64,000 nucleotides of DNA from Actinomycetota bacterium (lineage in GTDB: Bacteria; Actinomycetota; Acidimicrobiia; Acidimicrobiales; Ilumatobacteraceae): assembly GCA_009711295.1 (NCBI GenBank), contig WLST01000002.1:17220-81219 (forward strand). Direction: 5' to 3'. The notes beneath the pieces are model-generated. The model saw only the letters and a program-made list of their open reading frames with translations, was not told the origin of the DNA and did no database searches. Numbering within the stretch: position 1 is the first letter of the stretch; every line of letters begins with the position of its first letter. The position numbers and the translations under genes are program-made. This document shows positions 27,624 through 36,775 of this stretch, one piece after another.

Positions 27624-29519
27624 TTATTGCGTGATTTCTTTCAAGAACTCTGTTGCTTCGTTGATGTCTTTGATGCGCTTCAACGGCGGGAGTGCGTTGA
27701 TGATTGACCACCTGTAGCTCTTGCTTGCCAAGCGCGGGTCGAGCACAGCCACCACACCTTTGTCTGTTCGCGTTCGTATCAGGCGGCCTGTGGCTTGAGC
27801 GAGTGCAGTAATGGCCCGTGGTAGGTCGATCTCGGTAAAACCTTTCGCCCCATGTAGGTCTCGACGTGCCGCCAGCAGTGGGTTATTGCGATGAGGAAAA
27901 GGAATGCGGTCGATGACGACGAGCGAGAGTGCGCGACCAGGAATGTCGACACCTTCGAAAAAGCCTGCTGTTGCAAAGAGGCAACTGGTTTCGTCGAGGA
28001 GAAAGTCGCGCAGCAAACTTGGCTTTTGGTTTTCATCTTGAGCCAAGATGCGAAAGGGAAGGCGTTTGCGCATTTCTTCCACAGCGCTCGTGAGTGCGCG
28101 ACGACTGGTGAACAGGGCCAAGGTGCGCCCGCCTGCTGCGGTGATGAGTGTGGCTAATTCGTCGTGTACAGCATCGTCGCGTTGAGCGTTGGGGTCGGGA
28201 AGATGTGTTGCGCAATACAACCGACCTTGTTCTTCGTAGTTGAAAGGACTTCCTACATCGAGAACATGTACTTTGTCGGCCGACAACCCAATGCGCTCTG
28301 GCATCGATAGGGGAATTGTTGCACTGGTCATGATTGCCGTGTGTAGTGGCCAGACGAATTCGGCCAAAATAGGGCCGACGTCGAGTGGAGCAATAACGAG
28401 TTCGGGTCGTTCTGTTGTGCCTGAAACGAAGGGAACCGAAGTGGCGGAAACACGCAATACCGCATCGAGGTCGTCTGCGAAACGGGTGGCGAGTGTTTGA
28501 GCGCGCAACACCTTTTGTCGAACGGTTTCTAGTGTTGACTCAATTTTGCGAAGTGCGTCGAGGCATGAGTTCACGGTGATGCGCAATGTATTGAGTCGTT
28601 CAGCAATATCGACGGGAAGAGGCAGGCTGAGGCGAGTTTCTATATGTGGTGCAAACAGTGTGCGTAAATGGGCAGCGGCGTCGAACAACTCGGTGAGCAA
28701 TTTGTCGTCTTCAACTACTTTGTTCATTGCTGTTGCCAAAGTGGTTGCTCGTGAAGCGGAAATAGTGACCCCAACCGTGGCAGTGAGTGTGTCTTCTAGT
28801 TGGTGTGCCTCATCGAAGATGACAACTTCATGTTCGGGAAGGATGGCTCCACCGCTAGCAACATGAATGCCGTAAAGATGGGTGTTGACCACCACCACAT
28901 CGGCTGCGGCGGCACGGTACTTGGCGTGTTCGGCAAAGCACTGGCCGCCAGATGGGCATTTGGTTGCACCGGGGCATTCGTCGCTACCCACACTGACCGA
29001 TTGCCATGCTTTGTGATGCGGTTGCCAGTCGAGTTCGGCAATGTCGCCTGTAGGAGATTTCTCTGCCCACTTCACTAACTCTTTCACTTCTTTCTTCGTG
29101 GCAATTGCAAGGTCGTCGAGTTCTAGTTGCCCGTCGTCGTGCACCTCTGAGATGCGTTGCATGCAGACGTAGTTGCTGCGCCCTTTCAGAACTGCCCATG
29201 AGAATGGTTCAGGGAGTGTTGCTTCTAAAAGTGGGAGGTCATGAAGTGCGAGTTGATCTTGCAGTGTTTTGGTAGCGGTGGAAACAACCACACGTTTTCC
29301 CGACAAAATTGCAGGAACGAGATATGCAATTGTTTTCCCCGTACCAGTGCCGGCTTGAACAATGAGCGGTTGTTTGCTGTTGATGGCGTCCATGACCGCA
29401 AAAGCCATTTCACGTTGTCCTGGTCGATCTTCTGGATGCGAGAGTCCAGATGTCGCATGATGGATTCCTTGTTCCACGCGCTCTGTATTGAGCGGAGCAT
29501 CGGAAGGATTATCGACCAT
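27624..29519 (-). CDS. dinG: ATP-dependent DNA helicase, DinG/XPD-like (Fe-S type)
   Basis: 631 aa. Walker A AGTGTGKT, DEAH box (IFDEAHQL), and a cysteine cluster (C...CPGATKCPSGGQC) in the Fe-S position. Confidence 0.85.
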   Translation of the reverse strand: MVDNPSDAPLNTERVEQGIHHATSGLSHPEDRPGQREMAFAVMDAINSKQPLIVQAGTGTGKTIAYLVPAILSGKRVVVSTATKTLQDQLALHDLPLLEATLPEPFSWAVLKGRSNYVCMQRISEVHDDGQLELDDLAIATKKEVKELVKWAEKSPTGDIAELDWQPHHKAWQSVSVGSDECPGATKCPSGGQCFAEHAKYRAAAADVVVVNTHLYGIHVASGGAILPEHEVVIFDEAHQLEDTLTATVGVTISASRATTLATAMNKVVEDDKLLTELFDAAAHLRTLFAPHIETRLSLPLPVDIAERLNTLRITVNSCLDALRKIESTLETVRQKVLRAQTLATRFADDLDAVLRVSATSVPFVSGTTERPELVIAPLDVGPILAEFVWPLHTAIMTSATIPLSMPERIGLSADKVHVLDVGSPFNYEEQGRLYCATHLPDPNAQRDDAVHDELATLITAAGGRTLALFTSRRALTSAVEEMRKRLPFRILAQDENQKPSLLRDFLLDETSCLFATAGFFEGVDIPGRALSLVVIDRIPFPHRNNPLLAARRDLHGAKGFTEIDLPRAITALAQATGRLIRTRTDKGVVAVLDPRLASKSYRWSIINALPPLKRIKDINEATEFLKEITQ

Positions 29520-30195
29520 CGGTGGGTTCTACAAGCGCAATAGCTGCATCGAGTTCTGTGGCAGAGATATCGGGCCAAGTGCGCTCGGTAAAGAAGACCT
29601 TGGCGCCGGCGATTTGCCACAGGAGAAAATTTGAAATGCGGCTTTCGCCAGAAGTGCGAATGAGGACATCAACAGGTGGCATTTCAGGATCGTAGAGGTG
29701 CTGTGTGATGTCACTGGTCTCCACGTCACTGCGCAGGTTTTTGGCGTCAGACGATAGGCGTGCCGACCGTGTGAGTTCTGCTCTGCTTCCGTAGTCAAAA
29801 GCCACCGTCAAGGTCATACCGGTGTTGTTGCGAGTGTCGTCAATAGCTTTTTCAATGGAACGTTGAACAAAGACCGGTGTGCGTGCACCGCTCTCGTTGA
29901 ACTGGCGTCCAATCCAACGCACGCGAACATTGTTTTCATTCAATTCATCGATGCGCCCAAAGAGACGCTTGTGCATCGACAAAATGTGACGTACCTCGGT
30001 ACGAGGTCGTACCCAGTTCTCAGTAGAGAACCCATATACCGTCAGCCAGCCAATATTGCATTGAGAAGCGATGCGCACGATGTTGGCGAGTGCTTCTTCG
30101 CCGGCAGTGTGACCGTCGGTGCGTGGCAAGCCGCGACGGCGAGCCCAGCGGCCGTTGCCGTCCATGATGCAAGCAACGTGGAGCAGATGGGGCAT
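29509..30195 (-). CDS. uppS: cis-prenyltransferase (undecaprenyl/decaprenyl diphosphate synthase family), catalytic motifs intact, C-terminal RXG tail absent
   Basis: [38 protein letters not shown]. The protein ends ...[22 protein letters not shown], without the usual Y..R.RRFG tail. 11-nt overlap with the dinG start. Confidence 0.9.
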   Translation of the reverse strand: [228 protein letters not shown]

Positions 30196-30885
30196 AGATC
30201 CTTACGCTACCTGTGCGAACATAGGGAGGTGATTCGTCGACTCAAGGCCAGGGCAAAAGATCGTCTCCGGCGTGCTGTGGCGACCGGTGGGCGCACCGAT
30301 AACCCTGAAGAAGTGCTCGCACATGTGGTCATTGCAGGCGGCACACACAAGGAGTGGGCGTCTTTCGGCGCGAGTAAGTGGTCGCGCCGGTTAGAAGAGA
30401 TGGTGCAGGCCGTTGAGCGTGAAGGAGTGCAGTGGCTCACCGTGGTTCCGGTCTGCAGTGGGTATGAAGGAAACGAGACCTGCTCAGACGAAGATCAAAA
30501 AGATCTTGATGACGCCATTGCACGTGCAGTTCGGCACGTTTCAGGCCGCGTCGATGTGGTGGTACGGAGCGAACCTGACGGTCAAAAAAGATTTGTTGAA
30601 GTGGTCAATCATCTTCGGAACGACCGCGACGACATGTCGAGTCGTGCCACGTTGTCTGAGGTGCGTTTAGCCAAGGCGCTTTTGGCTCCCGCCGATGTTG
30701 AACCCGATCTTGTTTTAGTGCTTGGTCCACCTACCCAGCTACCAACTTCGCTCGTTTGGGAAATGGCCTATAGCGAACTGGTGTTTCTCGATATCGGTTG
30801 GAATGATTTAAGTGAGGAGCATCTCCTGATGGCGGTCGACGATTATCGCCGCCGCAATAGGAGATTCGGAGGAATCGACGCGTGA
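30187..30885 (+). CDS. UPPS-fold paralog with degenerate catalytic motifs but a retained C-terminal RRFGG tail (candidate non-catalytic cis-prenyltransferase subunit)
   Basis: By-eye alignment to UPPS: [12 protein letters not shown] versus [13 protein letters not shown], and [58 protein letters not shown] versus the UPPS C-terminal region. GTGA overlap with recO. The start is uncertain (ATG 30187, GTG 30229 or GTG 30277). The upstream ORF portion 29863-30186 is antisense to uppS. Confidence 0.7.
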   Translation: [232 protein letters not shown]

Positions 30886-31628
30886 GTACCCGCCCAGAGC
30901 GTGTGTATAGCGATAAGGGCGTCGTTTTACGTACTTACAAGCTCGGAGAATCTGACCGCATCGTGGTCTTGTTGACCGAAGCAAATGGCAAAGTGCGCGC
31001 AGTGGCCAAAGGCGTGCGGAAAACAAAATCTCGTTTTGGTTCTCGGCTCGAACCGTTAAGTCATGTTTCGGTGTTGTTATATCGCGGCCGTGAGCTCGAC
31101 GTGGTGAATCAGGTCGAGCCACTTGAGCCGGCTGGACCACTGCGGAACAATCTCGACAAGATGACACAAGGCATTGCAATGCTCGAAGCTGTTGAGCAAC
31201 TCACACCCGATCGAGAGCCAGTGCCACACATCTATGCAATGTTGGTAGGGGCTTTGCGAGAACTCGCCCGCAGTGGGTCGTCTCTCGTCGTCGCGGCGTT
31301 CTACTGGAAGCTCCTGGCGTCTGAAGGTCTCGCTCCTGAACTATTTGTCTGCGTGTCGTGCGGATCGGAGCTTGAGGAGCAGCAAACGCATTATTCATTC
31401 GATATTGAACAAGGCGGCATTCAATGCCGAACTTGCCGCTCGGGGAGAGCCTGTAGTGCAGAGGCGTTACATCTGCTGCGCCTCATTTTGGGGGGTCGGT
31501 TAGGGGAGGCACTTGCCCTCGAGGAGTCGCCAGCTGGTCATGAAGTCGGCCATCTGGCCACGCAAGCTGTAGAAAGTCACATAGAACGTCGGCTGCGGGC
31601 AGTGGGGATGTTCGAACGGCACGACTAG
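30882..31628 (+). CDS. recO: DNA repair protein RecO
   Basis: 248 aa. OB-fold N-terminus (VVLRTYKLGESDRIV...) and the zinc motif CVSCGSE...CRTC. A GGAGG Shine-Dalgarno lies 8 nt upstream of the GTG start. Confidence 0.9.
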   Translation: MSTRPERVYSDKGVVLRTYKLGESDRIVVLLTEANGKVRAVAKGVRKTKSRFGSRLEPLSHVSVLLYRGRELDVVNQVEPLEPAGPLRNNLDKMTQGIAMLEAVEQLTPDREPVPHIYAMLVGALRELARSGSSLVVAAFYWKLLASEGLAPELFVCVSCGSELEEQQTHYSFDIEQGGIQCRTCRSGRACSAEALHLLRLILGGRLGEALALEESPAGHEVGHLATQAVESHIERRLRAVGMFERHD

Positions 31629-31642
31629 CCTTTGCTACTTCT

Positions 31643-32950
31643 ATGGCTGCTAAAGATCTCGACCAAATCGTCAACCTATGTAAGCGCCGTGGGTTTGTGT
31701 ACCCGAGCGCTGAAATCTACGGAGGGTTCCGCTCTTCGTACGATTACGGCCCATTGGGCTCAGTGATGCTGCGCAACGTGAAAGATGCCTGGTTACGCAC
31801 CATGGTGCAAATGCGTGACGACGTGGTGCTCATTGATGCAGCTATTTTGGGCCCGCCTCAAATGTATGAAGCAAGCGGTCACCTCGCTAACTTCAGCGAC
31901 CCTCTCATTGACTGCACCGTATGTAAGCGTCGATTCCGTGAAGACCACCTCGAAACACGAGATTGCCCACAAAGCATGAAGGGTTGTGAATTCACGGCGC
32001 CGCGAGCATTCAACCTGATGTTCAAAACTCATGCAGGACCCATTGAAGGTTCGGGTGCCGATGTATATATGCGCCCAGAAACTGCGCAAGGCATGTTTGT
32101 GAACTTCATGAATGTTTTGCAGACCAGTCGCAAAAAGCCGCCATTTGGTATTGCGCAGGTGGGAAAGAGCTTCAGAAATGAAATCACTCCCGGAAACTTC
32201 ATCTTCCGTACGCGTGAATTTGAACAAATGGAACTTGAGTTTTTCGTACCACCCGAAGAAGGCCCAAAGTGGTACAAGTACTGGTGCGAAGAGCGTATGA
32301 ATTGGTACATCAACTTGGGTATTCCAGCCGAGATGCTGCGCATGCGCCCTCACGAGTCCGATGAACTCTCGCATTATTCTGCGGGTACAAGCGATGTTGA
32401 ATTCCTCTTCCCATGGGGTTGGGGTGAACTCGAAGGTATTGCGCAGCGCACTAATTTCGACCTCACGCAACATGCTCAGTTCTCTGGGCAAAAACTCGAC
32501 TACTTCGACCAAACAACTAACGAACGCTATGTTCCTTTTGTTGTAGAGCCCGCTGCAGGCGCCAACCGCACGATGGCAGCATTTTTGCTCGCTGCCTACG
32601 ACGAAGACATCATCAACGATGAGCCTCGTACGGTGTTGCGTTTGCATCCGCGTTTGGCGCCATACAAAGTGGCAATTTTGCCCTTGTCGAAAAAGGACAC
32701 GCTGACTCCTTTGGCGAAAGAAATCTTTGCAACGTTGTCGGCCCATTACATGGTTGACTACGACGAAACCCAAGCAATTGGTCGCCGTTATCGCCGTCAA
32801 GATGAAATTGGAACTCCTTACTGTGTCACGGTCGATTTCGACTCACTCGAAGATGGGGCAGTCACCATTCGTGATCGCGATACCACCGAGCAAACTCGAG
32901 TACCGATTGCAGATCTCTTGCCAGAACTGCAGCGCAGGCTGAAGTTCTAG
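31643..32950 (+). CDS. glyQS: glycine-tRNA ligase (dimeric GlyQS type)
   Basis: 435 aa. N-terminus IVNLCKRRGFVYPSAEIYGG, class II motifs, and a C-terminal anticodon-binding domain. Confidence 0.93.
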   Translation: MAAKDLDQIVNLCKRRGFVYPSAEIYGGFRSSYDYGPLGSVMLRNVKDAWLRTMVQMRDDVVLIDAAILGPPQMYEASGHLANFSDPLIDCTVCKRRFREDHLETRDCPQSMKGCEFTAPRAFNLMFKTHAGPIEGSGADVYMRPETAQGMFVNFMNVLQTSRKKPPFGIAQVGKSFRNEITPGNFIFRTREFEQMELEFFVPPEEGPKWYKYWCEERMNWYINLGIPAEMLRMRPHESDELSHYSAGTSDVEFLFPWGWGELEGIAQRTNFDLTQHAQFSGQKLDYFDQTTNERYVPFVVEPAAGANRTMAAFLLAAYDEDIINDEPRTVLRLHPRLAPYKVAILPLSKKDTLTPLAKEIFATLSAHYMVDYDETQAIGRRYRRQDEIGTPYCVTVDFDSLEDGAVTIRDRDTTEQTRVPIADLLPELQRRLKF

Positions 32951-32991
32951 CCGTAGTAGTCTTTTCACAACATCGTCAATAAGGGGTAAAT

Positions 32992-33303
32992 ATGAGTGCT
33001 GGAAAAGTTGCAGTAATTGCAAAAATCACATCGTTGCCAGGAAAGCGCGACGAACTAGCAAAGGCGCTCGATATCGCCTTTGACAATGTCAAGACAGAAG
33101 CAGGAACCCTGTACTACATCTTGCATGCAGACAACGCAGACGAAACAGTGTTGTGGATGTACGAGTTGTACACCGGTCAAGAGGCTCTTGAGTCGCATAT
33201 GGGTTCACAATGGTTCAAAGAGTGGGGTCCCTCTTTAGCTCCATTCTTGGGTGGACGTCCTGAACTCATCTTCGTTACACCGCTTGCAGGTAAAGGGCTC
33301 TAA
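32992..33303 (+). CDS. antibiotic biosynthesis monooxygenase (ABM) domain protein
   Basis: 103 aa with the ferredoxin-like ABM pattern (VIAKITSLPGKRDEL...YELYTGQEALESHM). Confidence 0.7.
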   Translation: MSAGKVAVIAKITSLPGKRDELAKALDIAFDNVKTEAGTLYYILHADNADETVLWMYELYTGQEALESHMGSQWFKEWGPSLAPFLGGRPELIFVTPLAGKGL

Positions 33304-33317
33304 AGCCTCTTTCTCAA

Positions 33318-34100
33318 GTGAAAACGTATCTCGACGCCATATTGGCTTTTCATCGCGAGCGTGCTCGTGTCGATACGCGATCTTTCCCCGACTTGTTCAA
33401 TTTGGCGTCCCAAGCGTCGCCATGCCGTGGTTTCGCGCAGGCCATTGCACGTGAGTCGCAATCGCGTCTATCTGTTATCGCAGAAATTAAAAGACGTTCC
33501 CCCTCTAAGGGCAATCTCAACATTGATGTTGACCCAGCAGTACTTGCGCAGCAGTATGAACAGGGCGGTGCAACGTGTTTATCGGTGTTAACAGATGTCG
33601 AGCATTTTGCTGGTTCGCCCGAAGACTTGCGCATCGCCCATCGGTCTGTTGGTCTTCCTGTATTGCGTAAAGACTTCACTGTTGATGTGCGTGATATTTG
33701 CGACGCGCGCCTCATGGGTGCTGATGCCGTTCTGTTCATTGCTGCAGCTCTCACTGGAGCCGAAATGGCGAGTTTTCATGAAGTGGCCACGGACCTCGGA
33801 CTCGATGTTTTGGTAGAAGTGCACGATGAACGCGAACTTGAAACTGCCCTTGCTGCCAACGCCTCAATGATTGGCGTCAATCAGCGTGATTTGGTCACCT
33901 TCCAGGTCGACCACGAGCGCGCAGTACGCATGGGAGGCGTCATTCCCTCAAACGTGGTTCGTGTTGCTGAGTCGGGAGTGCGCGGGCGCGACGATGCCCA
34001 AAGCCTGCGAGACGCCGGATACGACGCAGTGTTGGTGGGGGAATCGTTAGTAACAGCCACGAACCCCACGGAATCACTGCAGTTACTACGGTGCACGTAG
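33318..34100 (+). CDS. trpC: indole-3-glycerol phosphate synthase
   Basis: IAEIKRRSPSKG, LRKDF, and ends with the ...GESLV region. GTG start. Confidence 0.92.
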   Translation: MKTYLDAILAFHRERARVDTRSFPDLFNLASQASPCRGFAQAIARESQSRLSVIAEIKRRSPSKGNLNIDVDPAVLAQQYEQGGATCLSVLTDVEHFAGSPEDLRIAHRSVGLPVLRKDFTVDVRDICDARLMGADAVLFIAAALTGAEMASFHEVATDLGLDVLVEVHDERELETALAANASMIGVNQRDLVTFQVDHERAVRMGGVIPSNVVRVAESGVRGRDDAQSLRDAGYDAVLVGESLVTATNPTESLQLLRCT

Positions 34101-34113
34101 TACCTTCACATAC

Positions 34114-34770
34114 ATGTTCATCAAGATCTGTGGCATTACCAATGAGGACGATGCGCTCTTGTCGGTGGCTCTCGGGGCCGATGCTTTAGGTTTTGTTTTT
34201 GCGCCGTCGCCACGACAGGTCACGATGCAAAAGGTGTACGACATCACACGTCGACTTCCGCCAGGAATTTTGACCGTAGGAGTGTTCCGTGACGAACATC
34301 CGCGTCGAGTCATTGAAATGGTTCACGAAGCGGGTCTCAAGGGAGCTCAGCTCCATGGGCACGAGACACCTGACGATGTTGTTGAAGTTTCGCGTTCGGT
34401 GCGTTGGGTCATTAAGGCAGTTGCAGCTGGTTCAGTAGATGCACGTAACGCCAATCAGTTTGCTACCGACATTGTGCTGCTCGATGCGCCTCATCCTGGC
34501 GCAGGAAAAGTCTTCGATTGGTCACTTGCTGGCGAGCTTGCGGCCGGGCCTCGCGTGTTGCTCGCTGGGGGTCTCACATCAGAGAACGTGAGCGATGCAA
34601 TTTCTCAGGTGCGTCCATGGGGTGTCGATGTGTCGTCGGGTGTGGAAAGTGAACCTGGAAAGAAAGATGCCCGCAAATTACGCGTATTTATCGCAGCAGC
34701 GCGAGAGGCAACCCCAGAGCAATACCGAGGATCCGACGACATGCCTTATGACTGGGAAGATGATGAATAA
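34114..34770 (+). CDS. trpF: phosphoribosylanthranilate isomerase
   Basis: MFIKICGITNEDDA...GADALGFVFAPSPRQV...LAGGL. Acidic C-terminal tail. Confidence 0.9.
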   Translation: MFIKICGITNEDDALLSVALGADALGFVFAPSPRQVTMQKVYDITRRLPPGILTVGVFRDEHPRRVIEMVHEAGLKGAQLHGHETPDDVVEVSRSVRWVIKAVAAGSVDARNANQFATDIVLLDAPHPGAGKVFDWSLAGELAAGPRVLLAGGLTSENVSDAISQVRPWGVDVSSGVESEPGKKDARKLRVFIAAAREATPEQYRGSDDMPYDWEDDE

Positions 34771-34810
34771 CAGTTAGGCGCTCGTTCTTGTTACCTGCGA
34801 GAATAAGGTC

Positions 34811-35977
34811 ATGAGCGTGATGCAAACCCCCGGGGCAGATGGCAGATTTGGGCAATTCGGGGGGCAGTACGTTCCGGAAACTTTGGTGCCTGCGTGTCAA
34901 GAGCTCGAAAGAGCTTTCACCGAAGCATGGGACGACGCGTTGTTTCGTGAAGAGTTGAATCATCTGTTGAAGACCTACGCCGGACGTCCTTCTATTTTGA
35001 CCGAATGCCATAACTTGGGTCGAGAGCTCGGCATTCGATTGTTCCTGAAGCGCGAAGATTTGAACCACACGGGTTCGCACAAAATCAATAATGTTCTCGG
35101 CCAAGCACTGCTCGCTAAGCGCATGGGGAAAAAGCGCATTGTTGCTGAAACTGGTGCAGGCCAGCACGGTGTCGCTTCGGCAACCGCAGCGGCGCTCCTC
35201 GGTTTGGAGTGCAAGGTGTTCATGGGTGCTGTCGACATGGAACGCCAAGAACTCAACGTGTTTCGCATGCGCCTACTGGGAGCAGAAGTGGTGGCCGCAG
35301 AGTCTGGAAGTCGTACGTTGAAAGACGCCGTGAATGAAGCAATGCGTGATTGGGTAGCAACGGTTGAATCAACGCATTACTGCCTCGGCTCGGTGATGGG
35401 TCCACACCCGTACCCGTACATGGTGCGCCAGTTTCATCGCGTCATTGGTGATGAAGCGCGTGAACAGTGCCGTGAGGTGCTTGGCGGAGACGACCCCGAT
35501 GTTGTGGTTGCGTGTGTGGGTGGTGGCAGCAATGCCATCGGAATCTTCTCTGGCTTTGTCGATACGGAAGCACGGCTCATTGGTGTAGAACCCGCTGGAG
35601 GTGCTGCAGTGGGGCGTGGAGTGCCTGGAGTTGTGCACGGTATGAAGAGTTATCTCATGCAAGACGAAGATGGCCAAGTACAAGAGGCCCATTCCATTAG
35701 CGCAGGTCTCGACTATCCAGGTGTCGGCCCAGAGCATTCGTATTTGTCGGAAATTGGGCGCGCCGAATACCCAAGCGTCACCGATGCAGAAGTGATTGAT
35801 GGCTTCACATTGCTCGCGCGTTCAGAAGGAATCATCCCGGCGCTGGAATGCGCACATGCGTTGGCATGGATCAAACGGGCTGCCCCAGAAATGCAGGGTC
35901 AAGTAGTGCTCATGAACCTGTCGGGACGTGGCGACAAAGACGTTGCACAAATGATGGATGTATTGGGTAAGAAATAA
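34811..35977 (+). CDS. trpB: tryptophan synthase beta chain
   Basis: PLP-lysine motif HTGSHKINN, plus GGGSNAIG. Confidence 0.95.
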   Translation: MSVMQTPGADGRFGQFGGQYVPETLVPACQELERAFTEAWDDALFREELNHLLKTYAGRPSILTECHNLGRELGIRLFLKREDLNHTGSHKINNVLGQALLAKRMGKKRIVAETGAGQHGVASATAAALLGLECKVFMGAVDMERQELNVFRMRLLGAEVVAAESGSRTLKDAVNEAMRDWVATVESTHYCLGSVMGPHPYPYMVRQFHRVIGDEAREQCREVLGGDDPDVVVACVGGGSNAIGIFSGFVDTEARLIGVEPAGGAAVGRGVPGVVHGMKSYLMQDEDGQVQEAHSISAGLDYPGVGPEHSYLSEIGRAEYPSVTDAEVIDGFTLLARSEGIIPALECAHALAWIKRAAPEMQGQVVLMNLSGRGDKDVAQMMDVLGKK

Positions 35978-36750
35978 TGCCGATGCATTTAGAAACACAT
36001 CTCAGGGCTCAGCGCTCAGCAGGGAGAAAACTTCTTGTTCCCTACGTAACGGGTGGGCTTTTGAATTGGAAGGAAGCTATTCGTGCTGCTGCGGCCTGTG
36101 GTGCCGACGCCATTGAAGTAGGCATACCCTTCTCCGACCCCGTGATGGACGGGCCGGTCATTCAGGAAGCTTCATTGCGCGCGTTGAAAGATGGCGCAAC
36201 ACCCTTTGGCATTATTCAAGAGATTTCTACTCTCGATATCGACATCCCTATTGCAGTCATGCTCTATTACAACACCGTGTTTCGTGCAGGTCATGAACGT
36301 TTCGCTACTTCATTAGTGAAAAATGGAGTGAGTGGTGCAATTGTTCCCGACCTTCCCTTGGAAGAAGCAGGCGAGTGGTGCCGCGACGCCGACGCAGCCG
36401 GCGTGGAAACCATCATGCTTGCAGCACCTACAGCACCCGATAGTCGTCTCCCACTTGTCGTCGAACGAGCACGCGGTTTTGTATATGCAGTAGGACTTTT
36501 GGGTATTACCGGTGAACGCGATTCGTTGGCGTCAACAGCAACAGTGTTGGCTGGCCGTTTGAAGAAAATCACCGATAAGCCAGTACTCATTGGTGTCGGT
36601 GTTTCGAATGCGGAACAGGCGTATGAAGCGTGCAATGTTGCCGACGGCGTCATTCAAGGTGCATCTGTGGTGCGTCGCCTCATGGAGTCGGGTCCCGATG
36701 CCGTGGGCGAATACATCGCCGAAGTGCGCGCAGCAATAGATGCTCACTAA
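35977..36750 (+). CDS. trpA: tryptophan synthase alpha chain
   Basis: GADAIEVGIPFSDPVMDGPVIQ. TAATG junction with trpB. Confidence 0.93.
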   Translation: MPMHLETHLRAQRSAGRKLLVPYVTGGLLNWKEAIRAAAACGADAIEVGIPFSDPVMDGPVIQEASLRALKDGATPFGIIQEISTLDIDIPIAVMLYYNTVFRAGHERFATSLVKNGVSGAIVPDLPLEEAGEWCRDADAAGVETIMLAAPTAPDSRLPLVVERARGFVYAVGLLGITGERDSLASTATVLAGRLKKITDKPVLIGVGVSNAEQAYEACNVADGVIQGASVVRRLMESGPDAVGEYIAEVRAAIDAH

Positions 36751-36775
36751 GTCAATCCACGGCTAATCTCTCACT

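Noticed and set aside
29863-30186. The N-terminal 108 codons of the 340-aa ORF 29863-30885, which would overlap uppS on the opposite strand.
   Set aside because: This part has no similarity to anything and lies antisense to the well-supported uppS. UPPS-fold similarity begins only after about 30290. The real start is most likely at or after 30187.
31793-32800. A 335-codon open reading frame antisense to glyQS. It is tempting because of the sense/antisense (Rodin-Ohno) idea for aminoacyl-tRNA synthetase origins.
   Set aside because: Its codons are exactly in register with the glyQS codons. Stops would therefore require the sense codons TTA, CTA or TCA, which this gene simply avoids. The translated product is Cys/His/Arg/Phe-rich with no motifs and no plausible start context. 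It is a classic shadow ORF.
31629-33317. I looked for T-box or attenuator leaders upstream of glyQS and of the trp genes.
   Set aside because: The gaps are only about 14 nt (recO-glyQS), about 41 nt (glyQS-ABM) and about 14 nt (ABM-trpC). That is too short for a T-box riboswitch or a leader-peptide attenuator.
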